Shown piece by piece: positions 43,474 through 54,500 of a DNA stretch of 64,000 bases (its first letter is position 1; every line of letters begins with the position of its first letter). A model generated the notes under the pieces. That model made no database searches. It was not told where the DNA came from and was given only the letters and a program-made list of their open reading frames with translations. Source of the stretch: Mayamaea pseudoterrestris (Eukaryota); contig BROI01000038.1 in the NCBI GenBank assembly GCA_027923505.1, forward strand, positions 124,001-188,000. The letters are read 5' to 3'. Position numbers and translations under genes: made by a program.

Positions 43474-43853
43474 ATTCGTGACGCAGTTTTCACTTGCACC
43501 CGTTTCATAATATAGCCTCATGACGCTGTTTTCACTAGCACTCGTTTCATATTATTGCCTCATGACACAGTTTTCACTGGCACTCGTTTCGTACTATTGC
43601 CGCATGACGCAGTTTTCACTGGCACTCGTTTCGTACTATTGCCTTGCCACGCAGCTCACTGTCACTCGTTTCATTAATGTCTAGTGACGTAATTGACACT
43701 GGCACTCGTTTCACAATATTGCCTCGTGACGTAATTGACACTGGCACTCGTTTCACAATATTGCCTAGTGACGTAATTGACACTGGCACTCGTTTCTTAC
43801 TATTGCCTTATGACGTCATTGACATTGGCACTTGTTTCATACTATTGCCTCAT
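43474..43853. repeat. 42-bp minisatellite, about 9 copies
   Basis: Unit like ctcatgacgcagttttcactggcactcgtttcatattattgc; TGAC at 43479, 43521, 43563, 43605 and at 43685, 43727, 43769, 43811. Confidence 0.92.
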
Positions 43854-43978
43854 GTGAATGCGTCGCTTTTAGTCAAAGTAAAACAAGTGGAAGTTGTTGA
43901 TTCCTCATCATGCAACCATGGCGACGCTCCCTCTTTGATCTTTTTACATTATACAAAATACTCTTTGTCCTCTGAGAT

Positions 43979-45675
43979 ATGAAACGTCTTGGCAATGCTC
44001 TCTGGGGTCTTTTCTCACTCTGTCGGCGCATGCGTTTATGGCATTCCACGTCGCAACAACGAAAAGCCGATGCCCACGCCAAGATAGTAACAGTCGACAG
44101 CATCCATTCACCCTTACTTTCATGGCTCTGTTGACAGAGGAGGTCGCAGTAGAGCCCAAAGGACGAGTAAACAAGGTTTTTCGAGCAATCACTGCCATTG
44201 TTCAAGACAAGTATCCTGACGCTGGCGTCAACGACACATCAATGCAAGAATGGGCACGATTTCGAAGTTACCTATATCGAACTTACAAGCGGCTTTCAAT
44301 TCACCAGGTGCAGTCTGTTTTGGACTATCTCGACGAGCTGTTCCCAAATGATCCTGAATTGCACGTGTCCATCCTCCAAGCATCTCCCAGAATCATTGGA
44401 CGACCAGTCGACTCGTTTCTACGACCTACTGTCACCTTTCTGCGAGGGCTCTATGGGAACGACCTTTTTTATAAGGCTATTCGTCGGAATCAGGATTTAC
44501 TACTGACGCATGGCGTCGGCTACAAGGCTGAGACTTCATCAGCTGAATCGATTCAATCATTTCTACAGGAACAAATGGGATTTTCGGCGACAGCGATTAC
44601 GAAACTAAAGCGCAAGGAACCCTTGATCTTTCAGCGCCCACTGTATACACTGAATTCGGTTGTTGCGTTTTTGGATGACCTATTGCAGCATGGAAACTAC
44701 ACGGATTATGAAATACGAAACACGACAGCCAAGCTGATTACCAAGCATCCAAGAATGTTTGCACTGTCGGTTCCCTTCAAGCTGCAACCGCAGCTTGAGT
44801 TCCTTGAGGCGCACTGCAACTTACAGCCATCTGACATTGCAAAAGCTATAGTAACGAAGAGTGGCGCTGCCAATCTGCTGATTTTGTCGATTGAAGAGAA
44901 TTTGAAACCTTCAATTGAATACTTGTCCAAGGTTGTTGCTCGCGGATCCGACGGCAACGGTGATTTAAAGCATTGTCTTTCGACGTATCCAGGAACGCTC
45001 AATTTGGCTCTTCCTAACATAAAAAGCAAGGTGGAATTTTTTGATAGCATTGATCCTCCTCGAATCAATCATGATGGCTCACGCATACCTTCTCAGGGAC
45101 TTGCCGCGAGAGTTCTGCTCCGAGCACCGGCCGTCTACTCCATGAGTTTGTCGGATAACCTTATACCGAAAATAAAGTTTCTCGCTGGTGTCTGGGGGAT
45201 GAAGGTATATGATGCAGCATCTTGTGCTTTAGAGACTGACGATCCGGACAGAAGCTTTGCCTTGCTACTCGGTGAATCGCCGACGATATTGTCACTGAGC
45301 CTCGAATGCAACATCCAACCAACATACAAGTTTTACAACAGCACTGGATACATAGAGTTGGATGACAATTGGAAGCTGAAACCCAAAGCTGAAAGTGTGA
45401 GACTCATACGTGGGAGAGAAATTGGTGTTTCTCTTTTCAATCGTCTCTTGCCGCGCTGGCATTTTGTCCGGTCGAAGCAAGTTTCCGACCAAATGCCATC
45501 TCCATTGATTCCACTCGATATATTGGTCGGTGCGACGGATGCCGCGTTTTGTAGCATATACAATGCAACAGACGAAGAATACGATGAGTTCAAGGCGGAA
45601 GCGATTCCTCGGCTTAAATTTAGCTCGCAGTTTGACACTTGGCTTAAGACGGGTCGACCGATCGAGCTCGAATAG
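43979..45675 (+). CDS. mTERF-family protein, probably plastid-targeted; apparent 1-nt frameshift near 44012
   Basis: Repeated mTERF-like units: SPRIIGRPVDSFLRPTVTFL, HPRMFALSVPFKLQPQLEFL, LSIEENLKPSIEYL, PAVYSMSLSDNLIPKIKFL, SPTILSLSLECNIQPTYKF. Confidence 0.85.
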
Positions 45676-45982
45676 GTACAGTATTGTTGCTACTGTAGTG
45701 CACTAACAATATATCAACACTCGCCCGATTTAGTTGTATACTGTATTGTATGTAAAGTGTCCAAATTTTATTCTGGTGCGTTCTTTGTACTATATTTGTC
45801 ATTGGTCCGCAAATTTATCGATGCCTGTACCGGTAGCGAATCCGCGTGGATCGCGTTAAGTCATCAGTGCGGGCCATTTTGCATGTGTGTAGTGAGAAAG
45901 ACATAAAGTTAACATGCAGCCGACCAAGAAAGTGTGTCTTGAATACAAGCATTATATAAGGAAAAACCAGATCGTTGCACGC

Positions 45983-47957
45983 CTATACAGCAGGCGCCAC
46001 AAACTCGCCACTTCCTCCATCGTTACGAATTGGAGACGGATCGCGCGATCGACTACCCGACTCGTCCGTCTCGTAAGAAAATTCTGAATCAGAGCAATCA
46101 TCGTCGTCAGAGTCTTGCTCGACGCCTTCGCTCTGGTCCTCCGAAATGGTTTCCATGGCCGTCATGTTTTCGCGGCTTCCTACGCGCGGCATCATCTGAT
46201 TCTTCATCTTTTTCTTCTTCTTTCTCCGACGGCGTTTAGACAGCGTCTGTTGGACTGGCGGCGGTTGCTTGGAAGGTCCTTGCGGCGGTTTGGGTGGTAG
46301 ATCTAGTAGGAGCGCCGTCTTTTCGTCCGCCATGGCGGAGTTATCGGGCACATCCATGTCTTCACCGATGGCCTCATCCGAGTTTCCGCTCGACCCACTG
46401 ACGACCGTAGCCTCTCCGCCACTCGTGACAGTGACTTCTCCCTCGCTGTCGACGGTGGGAGCCTCGCCACTCCCAACCGTTTCATCCGTCATGACCGATA
46501 GGTCGGCCAGTGTGTCAATCAAGTGCTCTGATGGCGGCGACGATCGGCCATTTAGTGGAGACGTTTCCGGCGAATCCACGCACATTTCGGACGAGTTGCG
46601 ACTGCTGTCACCCGTTTCAATGTGTTCGAGTTCCTGGTCGTCAACTTCACTGATAATGCTAATCTTGCGATTCGAATCTGATCGCTTGCCTCGACGTGAG
46701 GTTGCCAGCAGGACGACGACAAAGAGACCCAAGATAACAACGGCAGCAGCGGCAGAAAGACTAGAAGCAAGTACAACGGATGATCGCGAGCTTGATGTCG
46801 TAGTCGTTGTCGTGCCAATCATGGGAATCGGTGCTGGAGCAGCGGCGGTTGCAATCGTTGGGCGCATCGAGGGGGCGAAAGTTGGCGGTGAAGTTTGCAG
46901 CAGCGTAGGTGGCAGTGTCACAAGCTCTTGACGATCGCCAAGATAAAGAGTACTCTTTACTGCTCCAGTCAAGACCAAATCTCCATTCATCTGCGATTCA
47001 ATAACGCTCAGTAAGTACTCTTGTACGCTGGAAGCTGTCGAATTGTCGCCAATAAACTTTGCCGTCATGCTACCAATCATGGGATAGCATTCGCCAGAAT
47101 CGTTGCTCAGATACTGACAGGTCGCGCCTACGAAAATAGTAGAGAGTAAGAAATGATTGATCATGCGAGAAAATGCAGAATGAAGCCATATCAAACTGCT
47201 TTGCAGCTCCACTACAGTCAAGGAGGTGCAATGTTCAAGTGCTGCCTCGACATTCGATCAAGCATCGTTCGCATCCATCATTCATTGAAAACGTACCTAC
47301 TGTAAAATCAAGTCGATCCGTTTGCAGACTCGACAAGGATACAATGACGCTTGGTTGAATTGCTTGTTGATAGGAAGCGTCATCCTTCAAGGCGCACCCG
47401 TGCAATCCAAGCTGATTCGCCGTCGTCCATAGCGTTCCCCACTCCAAGGCTGGAATCCAGTAGCTCAGCAAAGTTTCGCCCTCCGGCGCTGGCTGCTCCG
47501 TAGATAGCGTCATTTCATAGTCAAAGGAAACAGAAAGGCTTTGAAATGTAGTATTTGTACCATCCGTGGACGCGGCGTAAAGCTTTTCGCACAAGTCTCC
47601 ATAATGCGTCGCATATCCCGAGTTCACGTAGAGATTGTCCGCTGCCGTCGCTAAGGTATTACTGGTATTCGCAATCGCTGGCATTATTACATCATCATTC
47701 ATTGTTGCGGTAGAGCTAGGAGTCGGAGCTAATGTTGGAGGCATCGTGGCCGACCATTGCAGCGTCCTTGCACGAAGCGGCGCCGACTGCCGTGATTCAC
47801 GCTGCAGCATTGCTGGAATCTTATTCCTTTTGACTTTGCCGAGTCTAGTAGGGACTATGCTAACTACAGGCAGCTGCTCTTGCAATGAAATTATCGATTC
47901 AAAATGTTCTGGAAGCAGTAGCAATGCCAAGGAGCTTGCGTCGTTTTCGTCTTTCAA
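45983..47957 (-). CDS. Hypothetical single-pass membrane protein (at least 2 exons; start uncertain)
   Basis: Two collinear ORFs joinable by an intron of about 47297-47129; Pro/Thr stalk, TM AAAAVVILGLFVVVLLA followed by RRGKR, Ser/acidic tail and a polybasic KRRRRKKKKK stretch. Confidence 0.6.
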
Positions 47958-48394
47958 GGTTATGGCCGACTTGCACTTATCGAGTCTTTCGTCTCTTCGT
48001 CAAGCATGTCGTGCGCGACCCGCGCCTGGCATCCACGAATCACAGCCCTCCAATGAGGGGCATAGATAGCAATTTTCGACGTGGTTGCGACACAATTTGC
48101 ATGTGTGTCGCTTCTTCTTTTCTGTCCGTTCGAAAATGATACATTCAAATATTAGTTGATTCGCGACCCATGCTTCGTTTTAACGTCAGCTTTGCCGAGA
48201 GAGAGCTCACCCCACGTCAGACGACCATTGTCCGATTAGCTAACATACCGTACGTTGATTAAGGCGGAGGAAGTATTGAGGCGCAAGGCGCTGCTTTCTC
48301 TACCCACCACAAGTACACTAGGAATCTACCCGAATAGAAGCAGTTTAATAGGATTGACATTGTTATTTGGTGGAAGTTTAAGTGTTGAAACGCT

Positions 48395-48835
48395 CTACGC
48401 AGTCAGTACGCATGCACCACCGGCTGCCTTGATCTTTTGCTCGGCTAGCTTGCTGAAGTACTTGGCCTTGACAATGACAGGAACGGTGATTTGGCCGTTT
48501 CCTAAAAGCTTGAAGTAACCCTTCTCTACCAAGTCAATGACAGGTGCCTTGCCTCCTCCACTCTTGGCTGCCTCATAAACTCCTTCTCCAGCAACATTAA
48601 AAATCTTGTCAATGTTAATCGTCGAGCAATAGTTTCTGTTGCGCAGCATGTGAAACTGACGCATACCAATCTTTCCAAAGTAACCAGGGTGAAACTTATC
48701 CATGAGAATGCGGTGGTGATGCTGTCCACCAGCGTTACCTCGACCACCGGGATGCTTACGGTGCTTGCCAATACGGCCGTGACCGGCGGAAACGTGTCCG
48801 CGCTTCTTGCGGTTCTTGCTGTCGCGGGTTGGCAT
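48395..48835 (-). CDS. RPL27A: 60S ribosomal protein L27a (uL15)
   Basis: [35 protein letters not shown]...HPGYFGK...[13 protein letters not shown]. Confidence 0.98.
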   Translation of the reverse strand: MPTRDSKNRKKRGHVSAGHGRIGKHRKHPGGRGNAGGQHHHRILMDKFHPGYFGKIGMRQFHMLRNRNYCSTINIDKIFNVAGEGVYEAAKSGGGKAPVIDLVEKGYFKLLGNGQITVPVIVKAKYFSKLAEQKIKAAGGACVLTA

Positions 48836-49664
48836 GTTAACTTATGTGAAAGTTGTGTGAAGGCTGTATAAAGAATGAAGGAAAAAATGTAGTGAGATCA
48901 TGTTCATTGTCGATGCAACATTGTACACGCCAAACGGTGTTGCGAATTCTTCAGTCCGTCGTGAGAGCAAGCAGTAGTCGAACCTGCATACTCAGATATC
49001 AATCGGTACATTCTTTTTAATTATATTGTAGAGAAATGTCGTCCGCTTGGAACGAGCAGCATCCGCTTGACGTTTGATCCATGTCATTGATACAAAGACT
49101 TTGAAAAGTGGACTCCCTGCATCCTTGCTGCATGCAATCACTTTCAAAAATACTCGAGCAACAAATTGATTCGTACCTCGACTACACAGTAATCTACTCG
49201 AGTAGTAGACGCGTCGTTGTTCTTGGTCGCCGTCATGGCCGTCGCAAAGGCGCTTCTAGTAGAGCGGTAAGTGGAAAGAAAACGGTACTCACATACGACA
49301 TGTGGGACGCATGCCAGACGCTCACGGCTGAGCGCCGTCCATTGTGACAGAATCTAAGCACCTTTCTCTCGCTCGACCATGATGGGACCAAAGAGCGAGT
49401 TTATGCGCCTGAAACGTGAGTGCAGAGGTGGTAGTGGAATGTATTGATAAAGTGTGCATAATAGCAGTGATTATATACGTTTTTAGATGACGAGTCGGAA
49501 GACAAAGGACGCCGTTATGGACGTTCCTTTTACGTGTCGATTTAGAACGAGGCATTTGTATGAGCTATGTGATACAGACAAGATGAGGAAAAAAGATGCG
49601 ATGAAACGTGTTTCGGACTTGATCTTACACTTATGTTCATAAAATTACTATTAGATGAGTGAAC

Positions 49665-51536
49665 ATGAGAGGATTCCGCGCACTTGTCCGTCTCGGCGTC
49701 CTTGTTGTCACGATTGATGCCTGGATTTCATCGACTCGACCAAGGCAGCAGTGCAATCATGCTCAGTTACCATGGACTTGCTTGCAAATTACCAGCAACG
49801 ATGACTACACTGATTTCAACAGTGGAGCATGGAAGCCGGGTCGTCCACCGCTCCGACGACCAATACGAGCAAGCACCACTGCGGCGAGCCAAGAACAGCG
49901 AGACGGCTTAATGGGCAATCTAAACCAAACGACTAGCGCGGCGCCCTTGCTAACAGCACATGAACAAGCCATGCAGGATCCAACACTTCTTTCATCGACC
50001 AACGCCTCCGAAGTAGTGCAATCTCCACAACTGCTGCGATCGTTGCGCGAAGCTGGCATCCAACAACTCACTCGCGTCCAGCAACAAGCCTTTCAAGAGA
50101 TTCGCGACGGCAAGAGTCTCTGCGCCCGATCCAAGACGGGAAGTGGCAAGACATTGGCATTTCTTTTACCAGTGCTTGACAAGCTGTTGTCAACAGGTAG
50201 CATCAACACCATGGAGCAGCCTAGCGTACTAATCCTCGTACCGACGCGCGAGCTCGGATTGCAGATTACGGAACAAGTCAAGGCCCTCCTAGTGCACTGT
50301 CGTCCTGAGGCGATTTCTGTCATGAGCTTGTCTGGTGGCACAACTAGTCTGGCGGCGGACCGTCGCATGTTGAGCAAGCTTAAAGGATTACCCGATATCA
50401 TTGTGGCAACGCCAGGTCGGTTACTAGATCTGATCACGGAGCAACGGGCTGGGAGCAGTTGTACCACTCGCGTTCGCGGTCGCAAATTTAGTGATATTTT
50501 GGGCGGCGTCAAGCAGGTTATCTTGGATGAAGCGGATAGGTTAATATTGGAAGGTTTCCAAAAGGAGACGACTCGCATTTTGTCGGTTCTCCCTCGTGTT
50601 GAAAAGAGGCAGACGCTTCTCTTCTCAGCGACGGTTTCCGACAAAATGAAGGAGCTCATGACTGCAATCTTGCCGAGAGAATTTGCCCTGTTGGACTGCG
50701 TTGAGAACGGTGATAGTAATGAACGGATTGAGCGATCCTTTTTGCAAGTCCCTAGCATGGACTGCTACACAACTTCTCTTATCAAAATCGTTCGCCAGGC
50801 AATGAGGAACGACTTGGATTGTCACAAGATACTTGTATTCTTTCCAACGGCTCGTCTGGTTCGATTCTTTGCCAATTTGTTTAAAGACGTTATGGACATA
50901 CCCGTATTGGAAATTCACTCGAGAATGTCACAATCGGCCAGGAACAAAGCCCGCAATGCCTTCACTCGCGCCACGCAAAGCGTCATGTTCACTAGCGACG
51001 TATCCGCCAGAGGTATGTGTTTGTCGTGCCGCATAACTCGGACTGCTTCACAACGCGTTTTTTCACATGCGTCTGTTGTTTTATCAGGTATCGATTATCC
51101 AGACGTCACATTGGTGGTCCAGTTTGGCGCTCCTTTTAACACAAACCTGAATACGCATCGGATAGGACGAACAGCTAGAGCGGGACGAACTGGCAAAGCA
51201 CTACTTGTCACGCTTCCTTTTGAGACCAAGTCCGCGAGCAGCTTTGCGCGCAAGTTTGGGTACATGAAGAGGAGTACCGACTACGATATACATGACGACG
51301 GACGAGATGACATTACTCTCCGTCATATTCGCGGTGAGATAAGCAAGTCCAAGGGCCTTCGAACAAACGCGGAGAGCGCATATATCTCGTTTCTTGCGTA
51401 CTATTGTGAGTACAGTCCAAACTTCGTTGACGCTAAAACTTTGCGTCGCGCAGCTGAGGCATTCGCTGCAGAGCTTGGGTTTGTCCAACTACCGGAATTG
51501 CCTGAACGGCTGCAGTCTAGTCTTGATAAAAGATAA
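49665..51536 (+). CDS. DEAD-box RNA helicase (Mss116-like), probably organellar; 75-nt intron 51013-51087
   Basis: KTGSGKT, PTREL, TPGRL, DEAD, FSAT, HSRMSQ, SARG|IDYPDV, HRIGRTARAG; leader ending IDA-W. Confidence 0.93.
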   Translation: MRGFRALVRLGVLVVTIDAWISSTRPRQQCNHAQLPWTCLQITSNDDYTDFNSGAWKPGRPPLRRPIRASTTAASQEQRDGLMGNLNQTTSAAPLLTAHEQAMQDPTLLSSTNASEVVQSPQLLRSLREAGIQQLTRVQQQAFQEIRDGKSLCARSKTGSGKTLAFLLPVLDKLLSTGSINTMEQPSVLILVPTRELGLQITEQVKALLVHCRPEAISVMSLSGGTTSLAADRRMLSKLKGLPDIIVATPGRLLDLITEQRAGSSCTTRVRGRKFSDILGGVKQVILDEADRLILEGFQKETTRILSVLPRVEKRQTLLFSATVSDKMKELMTAILPREFALLDCVENGDSNERIERSFLQVPSMDCYTTSLIKIVRQAMRNDLDCHKILVFFPTARLVRFFANLFKDVMDIPVLEIHSRMSQSARNKARNAFTRATQSVMFTSDVSARGMCLSCRITRTASQRVFSHASVVLSGIDYPDVTLVVQFGAPFNTNLNTHRIGRTARAGRTGKALLVTLPFETKSASSFARKFGYMKRSTDYDIHDDGRDDITLRHIRGEISKSKGLRTNAESAYISFLAYYCEYSPNFVDAKTLRRAAEAFAAELGFVQLPELPERLQSSLDKR

Positions 51537-51579
51537 GTCATTTCTTATTCCATTGCATAAACAAATATTACGATTTATG

Positions 51580-54500
51580 TTACAGCCAAGCTTGGAAGCT
51601 TCCTTGCATTTTACACAAGTTTTCGGGGCTTCGTGCGTTCAAAATAAGTTCGATTACGCGAGCGTCGATCGGTTCGTCCTTTCCAGTCTCAAGTCTGATG
51701 GCACACTCGCAAAGTCTTCCCATGATCACCGCACTGTTTGCGGAAAAGCGATCTTTCAGTTGCTTCTCCATCTCCTGAGTTTTCGTGTCTGATTTCGGCA
51801 TTGACCGCGTGTAGAATGCAAGGAGGTCGTCTCTCATGAGCAACTTTAATATAGGCGCCAATTCTGCTTTACATATTCGAAGTGCACCGGAAACTCCACT
51901 CAGCGACAACGCAAAACGACCATCCAACAGTGGAAACCCTATCAAACTGCACAAGTTAGCCGTCAGCCGGAAAGGAAGTATAACTGTATCAATGTACCCC
52001 TGACTATTGTACGAAACTCGGAAATCCGGTGAAAAAACAGCGCCCGTGTCTTCAGCAAACGACACACGACCTGGCGTCCGTTCAGCGACGGAAAAGGCAT
52101 ACTGTAATAGACAGTTCGCTGCCCACTGCTGCGAAAAGGTCCGGCGAAAAGCGAACAGATTCTCCACTCCGCCAAGACGAGCATGGACGTGCTCTCGAAG
52201 GGCTGTAATTTCGTTCTCCGATTCAAGCTGAGCCCTCTGAAAAGCGCGTAGCCTAACTTCTGCGTGCATACCTTTTACATCAACACCATCGTCAGGAACA
52301 GTCTCGGCTCCTGACTTCACCTCGGCGTTAAATTGCAAACAGAGTCTATTAGTGTCTCTTCCTGTACGGATGCATCGCTGTAGCAGAACCTCTTCAAGCG
52401 AAGTCCTATCAGAAGGTTCGCTCACAAGACGCAGGCGCTGAGCAAGCGCGATGATGGGCTGGCTGTGAACAGCGTAATGGTTTCTCGATGCATTGATATC
52501 TGTGGCTAGGCATTTGGCAAGTATAAAATTAAACTGCGTCGTTCTCTCTTGCACCCTTGTCCAGTAAGGTACAGCGGCTTGCACCAAGAAGGCGTACGCG
52601 TTGCCATCACTGCCAACCATGGTGACGCGACGGACAACTTGGTCACCTCGGCGTAGTAGATCAACTTTTGATCGAAACTTAGTCAATTTTGCATGTAATT
52701 CGACTCGCGGTCTTCCGTCATCGTTACTGTTGGGTGGGTAGAAACCGGGAATTTCAACGGCTGCGGACCCTCCACCAAAATCACCCCCAACGCATTCATT
52801 GACTGCGGCTGTAGCCGCTGCTGCCGAGGCGGTTGCTGCTGCTTTGCGTGCAGCTGTTACTGAAGATGAAGTCGACTGTGACGCACTTGGGTCGTTGTCG
52901 CGCTCGTAACTACTATCAGAGCAGATAAACGTGTACTTAGAATCACACGAACCAGTCCACAGGCCCGGGGAGTCGCCGGCAACAAACGAAGCAAGCACTG
53001 GAGATACATCAGCCAAATCAAGAACGGTGACTTTTGACCGGGTGTTGCTAGTTTCTAATTTCGTCTTCCATTCGTTCAGTTTGCGCGTGAATTCATCCAG
53101 CGTCACAGGTGGCTCAGTATCCACCGGTGGGGCACTGGTTGGATCTGATGCCGAAACATGAAAATCAGCTTCGAAAGCCTCTTTGTATTTAGTTTTGAAC
53201 AACGATGTCTTGTTAGCTTTATCGTCTGAACGAGCAGAAGACGCAAGGTCTTTAAAGAATTTAGCTGAAATGCGCCAAATCGTCTTCCAAATGTACATGG
53301 ATGTCGATGCGTCATCGCTACGTGAAGGACTGCCCTGTTGCGTCTCGGCACGTTCCAGCAGTGCGATGATCGGTCCCAATAATTCTTCTTCGGCAGAAGG
53401 TCGGAACTTCACTATTAACTCCTCTAAAATTGCCTCTAAGGTACTCCACAAATAGGTATGCGAGCGTCTGAGTAAGGACATCATTTCTTCAGCAAGCGCA
53501 ACGGACTGCATGTGCAAGCCCGGAGTTTGCTCGCTCTTTGCGCGCTCAGCATCGCGTCGTTCAAGGTAAAATGTTCTTAAGGAATAATACGCTGCTTGTG
53601 GGTATGCTTTAACGACGCGAGCGAATAGAGTCTTGATCGCCTTTCCTTCGAGGCGACAAAAGCTCGTTAGTAACTGAGCCAACCACGGTAGCCAAACCCA
53701 AGGAGGAAGCTGACTGCCTCGGCTCTCGAGAGTGGCACAAAGAACACCCGGAGTCTCGCCATCCTTCGTCAGCATGTACAAACATTTCGGCAAATGTATC
53801 CGAGCCCCTTCATGTGAATCGATCAAAACAGCTTCCAGATAGCAACCCATGGCCTGCGCAAGGTATTGCGCTACTTTCTTCGCAGTAGTTTTCGGGTCGC
53901 CTCCGTCACTTCCAGCTTTGTCTGTCATGCTAGCAAGCGAGGAGCAAAGAGTTCCCCATGTTTCCCATGCTCGCCCATGTGTGGGACATATTTGAGGTGA
54001 GTGACAGCACGCCTGGTTTGCCTTTGAGCGACTACCAAGCGAGTTCAAGATGAGAGCTTTGATGCGAAAGAGCTCGCTCTTCTGGTACGAGTCAAAGAAC
54101 GAAAAGTTTGTCGTGTTAAGCAAATTTAAACTCCCATGCCGCTCAAGGTCGCTCGGGCCTGAACTGTAGACAAGAATCTGCTCGCGAAGTTTAAAAAATG
54201 CATCCGACACACTCATAGCACCCTCCACATCAACTGCACGACTGAGTAAGTCAAGAGAAACTTCGTTTAAATTGTGTTTGCGCGCTGCTTTGGCCATTCT
54301 TATTAGTGTCCATGGGCGATCATGCAGTCCTGCCAGCGTATTACTGTCACAATGGGCTCGAAACTTGGCGCAGATTGACTCATAAATAAAACACCTGCAT
54401 GCAACAATGTCGCCCCAAAAACTCATCGAATCTGATGTTTGCGGCAAACGGTGCCGCCAGGCGCTTAGCAGGTTTTTTAAATCGGGAAGAGTCTTCCCGC

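Noticed and set aside
43644..43982. 112-aa ORF with DVIDTGTRF repeats
   Set aside because: Translation of the 42-bp minisatellite from a non-ATG start; no coding evidence.
48864..49180. Intronic snoRNA upstream of RPL27A
   Set aside because: A 5' UTR intron is plausible, but I could not identify convincing C/D or H/ACA boxes by eye.
51580..52700. Missing catalytic residues in the PIKK domain as evidence of a pseudogene
   Set aside because: TRRAP/Tra1 is a known pseudokinase and the reading frame is intact.
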